From assembly GCA_041753155.1 (NCBI GenBank), contig JBGSVA010000021.1, forward strand, positions 1,012 through 65,011: 64,000 bases of DNA. Reading direction: 5' to 3'. The notes under the pieces were generated by a model. The model was given only the letters and a program-made list of their open reading frames with translations, was not told the origin of the DNA and did not search any database. The position numbers and the translations under genes are program-made. This document shows, piece after piece, positions 9,626-18,575 of the stretch; the stretch's first letter is position 1; every line of letters begins with the position of its first letter. Origin of the DNA: Thermodesulfobacteriota bacterium. Lineage in GTDB: Bacteria; Desulfobacterota_D; UBA1144; Nemesobacterales; UBA2774.

Positions 9626-9795
9626 TGGTAACGTCCTCCGGAAGCTGTCGGATACGTATTCTAACTGTTTTATCGCCTGTGTAGAATCTCTCGTACCGTA
9701 TCAAGTGAAAAGGGGTTCAGTCCTTCCCGGACGGTCGGCGGTGGAAAATCATCGGAATGTACTTATAATATTTATATCTGACACCTATCCGGATA

Positions 9796-10215
9796 ATGCC
9801 AATGATTAATATTTTAAAGATATGCGGGTTCCTGGCGGTACTGTCTTTGTTCATATCCCCTATCGGCACCCTTGCCATGGCGGAGCAGACACCGGCCCCG
9901 AAAGAGAGCCCTGTGCTCGAAGTCCAAATAAAGGACGTGGTCTCTAACCCGGGTGAATACAACGGCAAGAAGGTCGCTCTCGAAGGCAAGGTCGCCAAGG
10001 TCGACTACAGGAAATCCGCCAAAGGGGAGCTTTTCACTGTCTTCAAGCTCAAGGACGCCGAGAACAACGAAGTCGGGGTCTATTATGAAGACGAGCGCCT
10101 CCCGCTCTCGAAGGGCGACACGGTGAAGATTATGGGCAGGTTCTGGAAGGAGAAGAGTTACTTCCTCTATAAAATAAAAAACGTGATTAAAGCCAGAACC
10201 GTGGATGTCATTTAG
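9796..10215 (+). CDS. secreted OB-fold-like small protein (BOF/YgiW-like by architecture)
   Basis: Signal peptide followed by a ~110-aa beta-rich domain (KKVALEGKVAKVDYRKSAKGELFTVFKL...). Confidence 0.4.
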   Translation: MPMINILKICGFLAVLSLFISPIGTLAMAEQTPAPKESPVLEVQIKDVVSNPGEYNGKKVALEGKVAKVDYRKSAKGELFTVFKLKDAENNEVGVYYEDERLPLSKGDTVKIMGRFWKEKSYFLYKIKNVIKARTVDVI

Positions 10216-10322
10216 ATTAGGCCATAAGCGGGAACCCGATTCCCGCGGCATGTTTTCAACAGACGGCCTGTCTTAGTGAAATTCCGCTTTCAAACGGACG
10301 ATTCGTCATATAATCTCTTTTC

Positions 10323-13300
10323 ATGACCCTGCTCAGGAACGGGTTAGCCAGAGTACTCCTTTTTATATTCCTCGTCATTTGTGCCGTCCTGGTTTCCCTC
10401 AATGTCTACTTGAGCGGGAAATTAACGGAGCTCGCGCCCGGATACATAGACCAATTCTCCAAACTGAGCGGCTTTAATATTCATATCGGTGAAGCAAGCC
10501 TCGATCCCCTTTTCAGGATAAGGCTCGACGGGGTGAATGTAATCGATCCGGCCGTCCCCGGTAACACTCTTGCCGAGGTCGGGACATTGACGATCGATCC
10601 GGGCGTTTTCTCTTCGCTCATGTCCGGGAGGGTAACGATCGGTGAGATCGCAATCGACCGTCCCGTTATCGGCTATAACCGCGGGAGCGCGGACAGGGTC
10701 CTCGATCTGATCAGAGGGGGAGAGGGCGGAGGCAAAGGCGCAGCTTTCGAGGTCAAGAGAATAAGACTGAACGATGCGCGCATCGAAATGGGCCCTGATA
10801 CGGCTTTTACATCCGAGGCGCTGGATATCCGAATTACGAGGAAGAAGCCGCGGAACGAATCCACGGTGAACGTAAACGGAGACATCTCCGTCTACGGCAA
10901 CGGCATGGATGTTTCGGGGACCGTGAATCTAAAGCCCGGTGAAACGAGCGGACGAATAAATATCATTGCGGACGGGTCCCGGCCGGGTTCGACTTCGGAC
11001 TCTCTCGTTTCTTCCCGGAATCTAAAGGGGGTATCCGAGATCACGTTCACGGCCGCCGCTAACATTGATTCACAGGGCGAGATATCTGTCTTCTCTCTTG
11101 ATAGGGAAAGCGGCGTTTCCGGGGGAGCGCTCGGGAGCCTCAAATACGAGCTCGTATACGACAAGGATAAAGACACCGCCCATGTAAACACTCTCGCTTT
11201 CGACGTGGTGAACGTGATAAGCGGCGTCCTCGCGGGGGATCTGAAAGATATCACAGGCGGCCTCGGTTTCGATTTGAAAGGGTCTCTTGCTCCAGGCGAC
11301 TTGACGGAGCTCTCGAAGCGGGTTCCCGAGATCGATCCGACAACCGTCACTGGAAATATCAGGTCCGATAATTTAAGGATAGACGGCTCGCTTGGCCGGA
11401 ACGACATCAGGCTGACCGGAAATGTTATTCTCGACGACATCGGCTTCGCTTTTGCGGATGAAAGTCTCCGGGTTTCCGGGCTCGGATGCGCTATGGACGT
11501 AAAGCAGTATTTAAGCGGGGGGTCCGGCTTCTCTTTCTCGTCGCGGGGAACGTGCTCCGCGGGTGAGTTTGCCCAGAAGGATATGGGCTCGATAAAGAAC
11601 CTGACTGCGGGAGTTGATATAATTTTCGACGGCCTCTGGAAGAGTAAAGAGCTCTTATTCTCCGACCTGAACGGCCAATACATGGACGGCGCGGTGTCGG
11701 GCTCGCTCAGGCTCTCCTCGGGAAACGGTAAGAGTGGGGTCTCGGGCAGCATCATGGGGGCGGGGCTTAACCTCGAGAAAGCCCCGAAATCGATCGCGCC
11801 TTTTGATCTGACGGGAACCGCGCAGTCCGTATCAGCCGATATAGAGGGGAATCCGGGCGCGTACAGGGCGGGAATTACATTCGCCATAAACGATTTTACA
11901 GTAAGGTCGAAAACCGGCAGTGAGTTTAAGGTGTCCGGTGCCAAGTCCGCAGGTCCGCTCGATCTGGAATATCTGGAGTACACCCCTGCCGGGGGTACGG
12001 AGGCCGAAAGGAAAATCGTAATCAAAGACAAAGGGCTTTCTTACGAGAACCTGTCGTTCGGCGAGTATTTTATAAAAGGCGGCAGGGTCGACGACCTCTT
12101 GTTTTCCCTCGATCTCGGCGGTGACTGGACGCTCGGCATGGCATCCCGGGGGACGGGATTTCAGGTGCTCGGTATGGACCTGCACCTGGAGGAGTTTAAA
12201 GAGCACATCGAAATAGAAGAAAGCGGGAGGAGAGGCTTCAGCGGGACGATCGAAGGGACGGGGGGCAGGTTCAAGGGCGTGACCTTTCCCACGCTGTCGG
12301 CCGATTACGTGTTCGGAGGGGATTTTATCGATATTCGAAAATTAAGCGCCAGGGTGAGTACGATAGGTGAGCTCAGGACGGATGATTTCAGGGTCGGATT
12401 CGGCGCCGGGAAGGGCGGCTATCCTTATACAATTAAGCTCAATAACGGGACTTTCTCCGGCTATGAAGATAAATTGAAATCCGAAGGCATATCCGGAACG
12501 TTTGTCGTCAACAATCCCGAAACGGGTAAAACCGATTGGGAGGGCGGAGCGTCGGCCGAGAAGACCGACATATTCTCCCAAGTTGTCGAGGGGCTTAAAC
12601 TGAGGGTAAGCCCTTCTCCCGACGGAATTATCATAAATGACCTCTCGGGTAAATATATGAACGGGGATTTGAACGGCAGGATAGATATAATCACCTCGGG
12701 CCCGGCGACCCGCATAGTAACCGACCTCGGACTCTTAAACGCGTCCGTTAAATCGGGCGGCCTCGATATCTCGCTCGGCAGGGCGGATTTCGATTTCTCG
12801 GGCACCCTCCCCGACGATTCACTTCCCGAAGGCACGGTGAAGCTGGGGTTCGATAATCTCAATTTGAAAAGACAGGGTCTCGACGCGCTTTACAGCGGGG
12901 CCGTAAATGCCCGGGCCTCCGGTGAAACATTATCCATCGATGACGGGTTTATAAGAAATAAGGATAATAGCGAGTTGAAATTCTCGGGAGAGATGACTAA
13001 TTCCCTCAAGGGGGCGAGGAGGCTTGCGATAAGCTTCCCGGATTTCGCCCTGAAAAGCGCCCTCAAATTCCTGTCCCCCCTCATGCCTGTGACGGTCAAG
13101 GAGGGGCAGGTCGCCGGGACCTCGAGTTTTAACGTCGAGTTTAACAATCTATTCGATGCCGGGGGCTCATGGAACGGCACCCTTTCATTCAAAGATGCCT
13201 CGTTTGCCGCATATATCGGCGGCGCGGACCTTTCTTTGAGAGGCATCAACGGGACCATAACCGTGAAGGACGAGGGTAAGGGCGGAAACGCTCTGGCGTC

Positions 13301-14024
13301 TCACATGGATGGCGCGTTGACGCTCGATAGAGAGGTCTATAAGAATTACTTCCGTACTTTCAAGGAGTCTGACCCCGACCCCGAAGCCGACCGTATTAAC
13401 GTCGAGGAGATAGAATACGGCATACTGAAATTCGAGGACGTCGAATGCGCCCTCGAAGCCGACAGGGGGAAGCTCGGCATAATAAAGCTCGCAGCCGGTA
13501 TCTTCGGCGGGAAGCTCTATGCGAGCGGCGCGCTTGATTTTGACAAAGCAGGCGGCGTTTATAATTTCTCGTTCCTCTTTAACGACATCAGCTTGGGCGC
13601 AATTTCGAAGCGGCTGTCGCCGACCCAGGAGTATATAACGGGGAGGGTCAACGGTCTCGTTTGGCTCACAGGCAATGGCGGCGACCTCGGCACGATAGAC
13701 GGCCCTTTCGAGTTCTGGTCCGTAAGCTCGGGCAAAGAGCCGAGGTCGATAGGGAAGGCTCTCCTCGACAAGCTCGGCGCCAAAGAGAGGCTCATACTCG
13801 GCTCCTCGCGGAGCTATGATAACGGTGAAATTTCAGGTTATATTAATGACGGCGTAATAACGTTCAAAAAATTTATTATATCTAACTCGGTTCTCGGTAT
13901 TAAGAACTTATCGATTCAGGCGGACCCGGTGAAGAATTCGATTTCCATAGCGCATCTGGTATCCGTGATAAGGGAAATAGCCAGAAGGTCGCAGTCGGGC
14001 GGCCCGACGATAGAAACTCAATAA
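10323..14024 (+). CDS. AsmA-family giant inner-membrane-anchored protein (YdbH-like)
   Basis: 1233 aa with one N-terminal transmembrane helix and a long Gly/Ser/Thr-rich beta-taco-like repetitive body. It is followed by a DUF1318-like gene, as in E. coli ydbH-ynbE-ydbL. Confidence 0.6.
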   Translation: MTLLRNGLARVLLFIFLVICAVLVSLNVYLSGKLTELAPGYIDQFSKLSGFNIHIGEASLDPLFRIRLDGVNVIDPAVPGNTLAEVGTLTIDPGVFSSLMSGRVTIGEIAIDRPVIGYNRGSADRVLDLIRGGEGGGKGAAFEVKRIRLNDARIEMGPDTAFTSEALDIRITRKKPRNESTVNVNGDISVYGNGMDVSGTVNLKPGETSGRINIIADGSRPGSTSDSLVSSRNLKGVSEITFTAAANIDSQGEISVFSLDRESGVSGGALGSLKYELVYDKDKDTAHVNTLAFDVVNVISGVLAGDLKDITGGLGFDLKGSLAPGDLTELSKRVPEIDPTTVTGNIRSDNLRIDGSLGRNDIRLTGNVILDDIGFAFADESLRVSGLGCAMDVKQYLSGGSGFSFSSRGTCSAGEFAQKDMGSIKNLTAGVDIIFDGLWKSKELLFSDLNGQYMDGAVSGSLRLSSGNGKSGVSGSIMGAGLNLEKAPKSIAPFDLTGTAQSVSADIEGNPGAYRAGITFAINDFTVRSKTGSEFKVSGAKSAGPLDLEYLEYTPAGGTEAERKIVIKDKGLSYENLSFGEYFIKGGRVDDLLFSLDLGGDWTLGMASRGTGFQVLGMDLHLEEFKEHIEIEESGRRGFSGTIEGTGGRFKGVTFPTLSADYVFGGDFIDIRKLSARVSTIGELRTDDFRVGFGAGKGGYPYTIKLNNGTFSGYEDKLKSEGISGTFVVNNPETGKTDWEGGASAEKTDIFSQVVEGLKLRVSPSPDGIIINDLSGKYMNGDLNGRIDIITSGPATRIVTDLGLLNASVKSGGLDISLGRADFDFSGTLPDDSLPEGTVKLGFDNLNLKRQGLDALYSGAVNARASGETLSIDDGFIRNKDNSELKFSGEMTNSLKGARRLAISFPDFALKSALKFLSPLMPVTVKEGQVAGTSSFNVEFNNLFDAGGSWNGTLSFKDASFAAYIGGADLSLRGINGTITVKDEGKGGNALASHMDGALTLDREVYKNYFRTFKESDPDPEADRINVEEIEYGILKFEDVECALEADRGKLGIIKLAAGIFGGKLYASGALDFDKAGGVYNFSFLFNDISLGAISKRLSPTQEYITGRVNGLVWLTGNGGDLGTIDGPFEFWSVSSGKEPRSIGKALLDKLGAKERLILGSSRSYDNGEISGYINDGVITFKKFIISNSVLGIKNLSIQADPVKNSISIAHLVSVIREIARRSQSGGPTIETQ

Positions 14025-14037
14025 ACGAGGTGAAATT

Positions 14038-14709
14038 ATGAGTAGAAATTTATACATGGCCCTGCAATCTTCCTTTTTCGTTTTGGTGCTCTATTCCGTG
14101 TCCTGCGCTACTATCACCGTCAACGTGTATTTCCCGGCGGAAGAGGTAAGGGAGGCTTATTCCAACCTCGAGGAAGAATTCCTGAAGCAGGGTGAAAACG
14201 GTAGTTCCGGCACCGAGAAAAAGCAGCCCGACGCCAATGCACCCGCCGCCACGCCTCCACCGCAGAGCATGAGAAAGTATCCGGACCAGCCGGCACTTTC
14301 GTCAGAGAAGAAATATTTAGTCATCAAAAAGGAAATTTCCCTCGACTTCAGCGAATATGCATGGGCTCAGGGAAACATAGCCCAGCAGATCACTCAGAAA
14401 ATACGCAGCATGCCCGATGTCGTCCAAGCCTATAAACGGAGGTCCCAGCGGCTGGGCGAAATAAACCAGATGCTGTCCCAGGGCCTTGTCGTGGAAGGCA
14501 ACCAGGGCCTGCTTATACAGAAGGGGAGCCTCACCCCGGGTCAGACCCAGGCCTTCAGCGCGGAGAACACCGACCGTCAGGTGATTATAAGAGGGATGGC
14601 CAAAGCGATAGTCGAGATTAATAACATAGACCCCACGCCCGAGAATATCGACAAGGTGCTGCCTGAGGCTGCGAGACAATTCGCGAGCGTGAGACAGAGC
14701 GAGAGGTAA
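14038..14709 (+). CDS. periplasmic DUF1318 (YdbL-like) protein with an N-terminal extension
   Basis: Signal peptide. The C-terminal AENTDRQVIIRGMA motif matches the DUF1318 AENxDR signature. Its position directly after the AsmA-like gene supports the call. Confidence 0.55.
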   Translation: MSRNLYMALQSSFFVLVLYSVSCATITVNVYFPAEEVREAYSNLEEEFLKQGENGSSGTEKKQPDANAPAATPPPQSMRKYPDQPALSSEKKYLVIKKEISLDFSEYAWAQGNIAQQITQKIRSMPDVVQAYKRRSQRLGEINQMLSQGLVVEGNQGLLIQKGSLTPGQTQAFSAENTDRQVIIRGMAKAIVEINNIDPTPENIDKVLPEAARQFASVRQSER

Positions 14710-14845
14710 GGGGCGGCGGGGCTTTGCGGAACTGACTAAAATCCCGGTTCCGGTATCGGGCTTGCGTTCTCCGGCATCGTCGAAGTATGAATGGGTTATA
14801 CCCCCGTATGTCCGCGGCAACCCGCTGCCTGTCCGTCCTTTGGTG

Positions 14846-14869
14846 CACACACAATGTGTGTTTTATGAT
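14846..14869. promoter_or_regulatory. 24-nt element CACACACAATGTGTGTTTTATGAT (15-nt palindrome plus TTTTATGAT), identical copy at 38484..38507
   Basis: Exact repeat seen at two intergenic sites, each about 150 nt upstream of a plus-strand gene (K+ channel, dcd). Confidence 0.5.
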
Positions 14870-14900
14870 TCCATCCAACTCTTCTGCTTCCGCCAACATT

Positions 14901-14934
14901 CCATATGTCCGCGGCGGCCCGCCGCCCTTTTTCC
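14901..14934 (+). terminator. terminator-like GC hairpin plus T5 inside the intergenic leader upstream of the K+ channel gene
   Basis: CCATATGTCC-GCGGCGG-CCC-GCCGCC-CTTTTT. A related copy CCCCGTATGTCC-GCGGCAACCCGCTGCC lies at 14802..14830. Confidence 0.4.
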
Positions 14935-15011
14935 TCCCCTATCGGTTCCCTCCAAAATCCTCTATTATTTGTTTATGATTTATCCCGATTATTCCGCCGG
15001 AGGACGTTAGA

Positions 15012-15695
15012 ATGTCTGGGACCGTCAGACCGGGCTTCTTGGCCCTGATGTTTAGCTCGACTCAATACAAGATGTTCAATTTCATGCTCTCGATATTGCT
15101 TCTGCTTATACTCTCGGCGGTGCTCGAAGGTACTGAATATGGATACATCGTGGTTAATACGATGAGCAGCATCGTCTTCTTCCTCGGGGTCTATGCCGTG
15201 GGCAGGAGCAGGCGCACCCTACTCGTTCTGATACTACTCGGGCTCCCTTGGATCTTCTCCGAGTGGGCTTTCACGAAATCGAGCAAGACTATATTCACGA
15301 GCATGCTCTTTTTCATTTTCGTGACCGCCACTATATTCGAGCATATTTTAAAAACGGAGGAGGTGACGACCGATACGTTATACGGCGCCGTCTGTGTTTA
15401 TCTCCTCCTCGGAATAATGTGGGCCTCTATTTACGGGTTCCTCGAATATATTACGCCCGGGGCTGTCTTCAAGGGGTCCGACGTGGGTGCCGATACGAAG
15501 CTGACCACGAACGAGCTCATCTATTACAGCTATACCACGCTCGCGACCATTGGCTACGGGGATATCACCTCCGTAACGCCCGTCGGGAGGATATTGTCCG
15601 TGCTCGAGGCCGTATTCGGCCAGCTCTACATCGCGTTCCTCGTCGCGAGACTGATAAGCATATACACGACGAACGCGCTCAGGAGGAAAGGCTGA
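15012..15695 (+). CDS. potassium channel (two-transmembrane/pore type)
   Basis: Selectivity filter TLATIGYGD preceded by a pore helix, with multiple transmembrane helices. Confidence 0.85.
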   Translation: MSGTVRPGFLALMFSSTQYKMFNFMLSILLLLILSAVLEGTEYGYIVVNTMSSIVFFLGVYAVGRSRRTLLVLILLGLPWIFSEWAFTKSSKTIFTSMLFFIFVTATIFEHILKTEEVTTDTLYGAVCVYLLLGIMWASIYGFLEYITPGAVFKGSDVGADTKLTTNELIYYSYTTLATIGYGDITSVTPVGRILSVLEAVFGQLYIAFLVARLISIYTTNALRRKG

Positions 15696-15704
15696 GCAGT
15701 CGTT

Positions 15705-16331
15705 CTAGTTAGCGATAGTTAAATCGGTTATAAGCTTCATCCCCATCACGACTACGCCCATCCTGATCCACCATGCGAGGAATACTATCGGAATAAATAG
15801 CACCGCCGGATAACGCATCATCCCGCATGCGGCAAACATCGGATGAGCGGGCAGAGGCGACAAGGCGCCCCCGAGCAGGATAAGGCTCACCACCCTGAGC
15901 GAGCGGCCCTTCGTCCAACTGTGGTTTTCGACCTCAGGGAACTTTCTCCTGACGAATGGTGTTTTACCGAAGCACCTGCCCAGAAGGTATGACACTGATG
16001 AGCCTGTCACGGCCCCGAGAGCAATAAGGGATATCAGCCTCCCGGGCTCGTAACCCAGAAGGGTCCCGAACACGGCGTAGGCGGAGACGGGCAGCGGAAG
16101 GGGTGAGCTGCTGACGGCGGTAATCAGGTACAGCATGATGTCGGTGTTCCTCTGGCCGTAGCTCGTAAGAAGGCTTTCTCCGAAACCGAGCAGCCTTTCA
16201 CCGTAGAATAACGAGACCGCGGAGCTTGCCAGTACCATCCCGAATGTGACCAGCAGGGCCAGCTTTAAGGAATTCGGGACCGCATGAAGCCTGAAATGGA
16301 TCATCATGTATGGCAAGTAGAACATGACCAT
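15705..16331 (-). CDS. DedA/VTT-family membrane protein
   Basis: Polytopic membrane protein with GxxxG-rich re-entrant-loop-like segments (GYEPGRLISLIALGAVTGSSVSYLLGRCFGK). Confidence 0.55.
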   Translation of the reverse strand: MVMFYLPYMMIHFRLHAVPNSLKLALLVTFGMVLASSAVSLFYGERLLGFGESLLTSYGQRNTDIMLYLITAVSSSPLPLPVSAYAVFGTLLGYEPGRLISLIALGAVTGSSVSYLLGRCFGKTPFVRRKFPEVENHSWTKGRSLRVVSLILLGGALSPLPAHPMFAACGMMRYPAVLFIPIVFLAWWIRMGVVVMGMKLITDLTIAN

Positions 16332-16456
16332 CTTTGATTTCGGTTAAGGAGTTGTGAACCTATGGAGAAGTTCAAAATGTGTGCAGCGGGTTTATTTTGC
16401 AAATTTTTCATCGCCGGGAATTGATAAGCTCCTTAAATCAGGGTTCAATATTCGGC

Positions 16457-17476
16457 ATGAGCAAGCGAGAGATCGTAATAATTCCGGGGGACGGCATCGG
16501 TCCCGAGATAACGGCGGCGGTAAAAAAGGTTATTGAGGCATCCGGTGCCGAGATCACGTGGATCGAGCGAGTGGCCGGCCTCGCCGCGCTCGAAAAGGGT
16601 CTGGACGTGCTTCCGGACGAGACCCTCGAAGCTATAAAGGAGCACAAGGTCGCGTTGAAGGGCCCCTGCACCACCCCGATAGGCGAAGGTTTCACGTCGG
16701 TGAACGTAAAGCTCAGGAAGACGCTCGACCTCTACGCAGCCGTGAGGCCCGTAAGGAACCTTCCGGGGGTTATAACACGGTTCAGGAACGTGGACATAGT
16801 GATAATACGCGAGAACACGGAAGGCCTTTACAGCGGGGTAGAGAACATCATTACCCCGGGCGTCGTGATGAGCATGAAGGTGGCGACCGAGAAGGCGTGC
16901 ACCCGCATTTCGCACTGGGCGTTCGAATACGCGCGCCACCGTCACAGGAAAAAGGTCACTGTTCTCCACAAAGCCAACATCATGAAATTGACGGACGGTC
17001 TCTTTATCAGAAAATCGAAGGAAGCGAGCAAGGAATACGGCGATATCCGGTACGAAGAGATGATAATCGACGCGGGGTGTATGAAGCTCGTTCAGGACCC
17101 GGCCCTTTTCGATATGCTTCTTCTCGAGAACCTATACGGGGATTTGATCAGCGACCTCTGTGCGGGCCTGGTCGGCGGGTTAGGGGTCGTACCCGGAGCG
17201 AACATAGGCGACAGGGAAGCCGTCTTCGAGGCAGTCCACGGCTCAGCCCCCGATATAGCGGGCAAGGGCATCGCGAACCCTCTCGCGCTCCTCATGTCTG
17301 GTGTGATGATGCTCAACCACCTGGCGGATACGGAGGGGCGGGAAGACTTCCGCGCCTGCGCCGTGAGGATAAAGAACGCGTATGACAGCGCCCTTCAGGA
17401 GGGCGACAGGACGCGCGACCTGGGCGGAAAGCTCGGCACAATGGAATTCGCCGACGCGCTGATCAGGAGAATTTAA
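16457..17476 (+). CDS. isocitrate/isopropylmalate dehydrogenase family enzyme (likely NAD-dependent isocitrate dehydrogenase)
   Basis: MSKREIVIIPGDGIGPEI... with IRENTEGLYSG and GSAPDIAGKGIANP motifs. The start is reassigned to the internal ATG at 16457; the track ORF carries an N-terminal extension. Confidence 0.8.
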   Translation: MSKREIVIIPGDGIGPEITAAVKKVIEASGAEITWIERVAGLAALEKGLDVLPDETLEAIKEHKVALKGPCTTPIGEGFTSVNVKLRKTLDLYAAVRPVRNLPGVITRFRNVDIVIIRENTEGLYSGVENIITPGVVMSMKVATEKACTRISHWAFEYARHRHRKKVTVLHKANIMKLTDGLFIRKSKEASKEYGDIRYEEMIIDAGCMKLVQDPALFDMLLLENLYGDLISDLCAGLVGGLGVVPGANIGDREAVFEAVHGSAPDIAGKGIANPLALLMSGVMMLNHLADTEGREDFRACAVRIKNAYDSALQEGDRTRDLGGKLGTMEFADALIRRI

Positions 17477-17532
17477 GGCGTGCTCGTGTGATTCCGGAGA
17501 CAATGCGGGAGGGGCACTGATCTAGCGGCGGG

Positions 17533-18522
17533 CTAAATGTTCTCCTCGATCACCCTCAGGAAGTTCCCGCCCATTATCTTTCTCACCCTTTCCTCGGAGT
17601 ATCCTTTCTCCAGGAAATAACCGGCTATCTTCGGCAGGTCCGCGATCTTTCTCAGGTCTTCGGGGAAGTCCTCGATCCTGGCTCCGTCCATATCGCTCCC
17701 TATACCTACGTGGTCCTCGCCGCAAAGATTGACTATGTAATCCGCATGTTTGAACACGTCTTCCACCGTGGGTGTTTTATCCCCCGTCTTAAGGAATTGA
17801 TTATAGAGCACTATTCCGATGACGCCCCCCCTCTCCGAGATAGCGAGTAGCTGGCCGTCTTTCAGGTTACGCGGGTGATCCGTGAGCGATCTCGCGTTCG
17901 AGTGCGATGCTATTGGAATGAGACTCGTCAGCCCTATCGCTTCCCGGAACCCCTTTTCATTTATATGAGAGAGGTCGAGCGTGACACGGAGCCCGTTCAT
18001 TCTCTTTATCAGCTCCCTCCCCTCGTCCGTGAGTCCTTCTTCGGTCTCGTTCCCCGAGGCGAATCGGTTCTTATCGTTCCACGTAAGCCCTATCAGCCTC
18101 ACTCCACGCTCATAGAATTCCCCAAGCTTATCGGGGCCTTCTATCGGGTCCGCGCCCTCCATGAGCGTAAGGAAGCCGATCCTTCTGTTGGAGCCTGTAC
18201 TCAGGAGGTCCTCACGCGTCTTTATCTGAAAGACTTCGTCTTTATGTTCTCTGTAAATCCTGTCGTACGTGTCGAACTGCTTGAGCGCCGATTCGAGCGT
18301 CTTTTCCGGCTTGTGTTTCGGGTGTACGAATACGGTGTTGAATACGAGGCCGATCCCGGCTTCCTTCAACCAGGGGAGTGTGAGCATGCAGGGGACGGCG
18401 GGGCTTACAAAGTCCCTGTCGTAGTAGTTTAAATGGAACGCGATGTCCTCGTGCGCATCGAGAATGAATAAATCCCTGAGCATTTTTTCCCGCCCGTTCC
18501 TTACCCCTGTATCCGTATCCAA
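17533..18522 (-). CDS. membrane dipeptidase, peptidase M19 (renal-dipeptidase) family
   Basis: N-terminal DAHEDIAF metal-binding motif, with a ~330-aa TIM-barrel amidohydrolase-like layout. Confidence 0.75.
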   Translation of the reverse strand: MDTDTGVRNGREKMLRDLFILDAHEDIAFHLNYYDRDFVSPAVPCMLTLPWLKEAGIGLVFNTVFVHPKHKPEKTLESALKQFDTYDRIYREHKDEVFQIKTREDLLSTGSNRRIGFLTLMEGADPIEGPDKLGEFYERGVRLIGLTWNDKNRFASGNETEEGLTDEGRELIKRMNGLRVTLDLSHINEKGFREAIGLTSLIPIASHSNARSLTDHPRNLKDGQLLAISERGGVIGIVLYNQFLKTGDKTPTVEDVFKHADYIVNLCGEDHVGIGSDMDGARIEDFPEDLRKIADLPKIAGYFLEKGYSEERVRKIMGGNFLRVIEENI

Positions 18523-18575
18523 TTGTCGACCGTCCCTGTTAATTTCATTTTCTTCGCGTCTTTGTGTCTTCCCTT

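Noticed and set aside
10892-12031. 379-aa ORF antisense to the AsmA-like gene, plus other 100-170-aa antisense ORFs in 10.6-13.8 kb
   Set aside because: Pro/Ser-rich low-complexity translation inside a long repetitive gene; a spurious high-GC antisense frame.
14762-15010. 82- and 63-aa ORFs spanning the K+ channel upstream spacer
   Set aside because: They cover the repeated palindrome and hairpin element shared with a second locus. The Pro/Cys-rich translation is more consistent with structured non-coding DNA.
16558-17385. 275-aa Arg-rich ORF in an alternative frame across the IDH gene
   Set aside because: Extreme Arg/Gly/Pro composition. It overlaps a clearly conserved dehydrogenase reading frame.
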